Of a DNA stretch of 60,660 nucleotides, positions 60,154 through 60,660 are shown one piece after another; within the stretch, counting starts at the first letter, position 1, and each line of letters begins with the position of its first letter. This stretch comes from Thermodesulfobacteriota bacterium (GTDB taxonomy: Bacteria; Desulfobacterota_D; UBA1144), in the NCBI GenBank assembly GCA_036340075.1, contig JAYYZJ010000001.1:1-60660 (forward strand). The letters are read 5' to 3'. A model generated the notes under the pieces. That model made no database searches. It was not told where the DNA came from and saw nothing but the letters and a program-made list of their open reading frames with translations. Made by a program: the position numbers and the translations under genes.

Positions 60154-60657
60154 CTATGAAAAATCTTTCTTGAGCTGTTCGCACCATCCCTGAACTCTTT
60201 CTTCGGTAAGCTCAGGTTCGTTATCATTATCTATAGCTAAACCAACAAATTTTCCATCTTTCTCTGCTTTAGAATAGTCATAAGCGTAGCCATCTGTAGA
60301 CCACAAACCAATTGTTGTACCACCCTTAGATGTTATTTTCTCTTCTAAAATTCCCAAAGCATCTAAGAATGTTGCAGAATAAATCTGTTGATCACCACAT
60401 CCAAAGTAAGCTACCTGTTTTCCGGAAAAATCAATATTATCTAAATCATCAAACTTATTTCTCCAGTCTTCCTGTAAAAGACCTATGTCCCATGTTGGAC
60501 AACCGATAATGATTTTATCAAAATCATTCATTTTCTCTAAAGGCTCTTTGTAAATATCAAAAATTTCTATCTCAAATTCATCAAGATTATCATTTATTAA
60601 ATCTGCTACTTCTTGAGTTGCAGCACTAGTAGTTCCATAAAAAAGTCCGATTTTCAT
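60154..60657 (-). CDS. fldA: Long-chain flavodoxin
   Basis: IGLFYG.T, GCPTW..G.LQ.DW, FG.GDQ..Y...F.DA.G, GLA.D..N and R...W. Confidence 0.92.
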   Translation of the reverse strand: MKIGLFYGTTSAATQEVADLINDNLDEFEIEIFDIYKEPLEKMNDFDKIIIGCPTWDIGLLQEDWRNKFDDLDNIDFSGKQVAYFGCGDQQIYSATFLDALGILEEKITSKGGTTIGLWSTDGYAYDYSKAEKDGKFVGLAIDNDNEPELTEERVQGWCEQLKKDFS

Positions 60658-60660
60658 AAT

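Noticed and set aside
1..60660. tRNA, rRNA or other structured RNA genes
   Set aside because: The largest intergenic gap is about 119 bp and AT-rich; I saw no cloverleaf or GC-rich structured segment. A covariance-model scan was not run.

Overview
AT-rich, extremely gene-dense bacterial chromosome segment. Protein sequences and gene order (ftsH-folP-glmM-pdxJ-acpS; xerD-S2P-scpAB) look deltaproteobacterial, and the compaction suggests a streamlined marine lineage such as 'Ca. Dadabacteria'; this assignment is inference, not tested. Most of the window is core housekeeping: the str-S10-spc-alpha ribosomal superoperon on the minus strand (34268-53020), ftsH/folP/glmM/pdxJ/acpS/folC, metK-ahcY, xerD-scpAB, ybeY/der, ilvE, pepA, cytochrome c maturation genes, purD/glmS/glmU/ssb, rpoZ, hisIE and a flavodoxin. 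The first ~7 kb is more accessory. I saw no rRNA, tRNA, CRISPR array or transposase. Best leads: (1) a passenger-less inverse-autotransporter barrel followed 1 nt later by a separate secreted Cys/Thr-rich protein, a candidate split type Ve system; (2) pervasive -10-box-then-ATG (leaderless) starts, including head-to-head genes with 0-7 bp gaps; (3) loss of zinc ligands in S4, S14 and Adk, with L36 and L30 absent from their usual positions; (4) an ~85-aa acidic repeat extension on L3; (5) a DnaC/IstB-like ATPase coupled to rpe; (6) a degenerate ApbE-like protein; (7) a XerD-like recombinase with two similar basic insertions. All calls come from motif recognition by eye; no searches were run.
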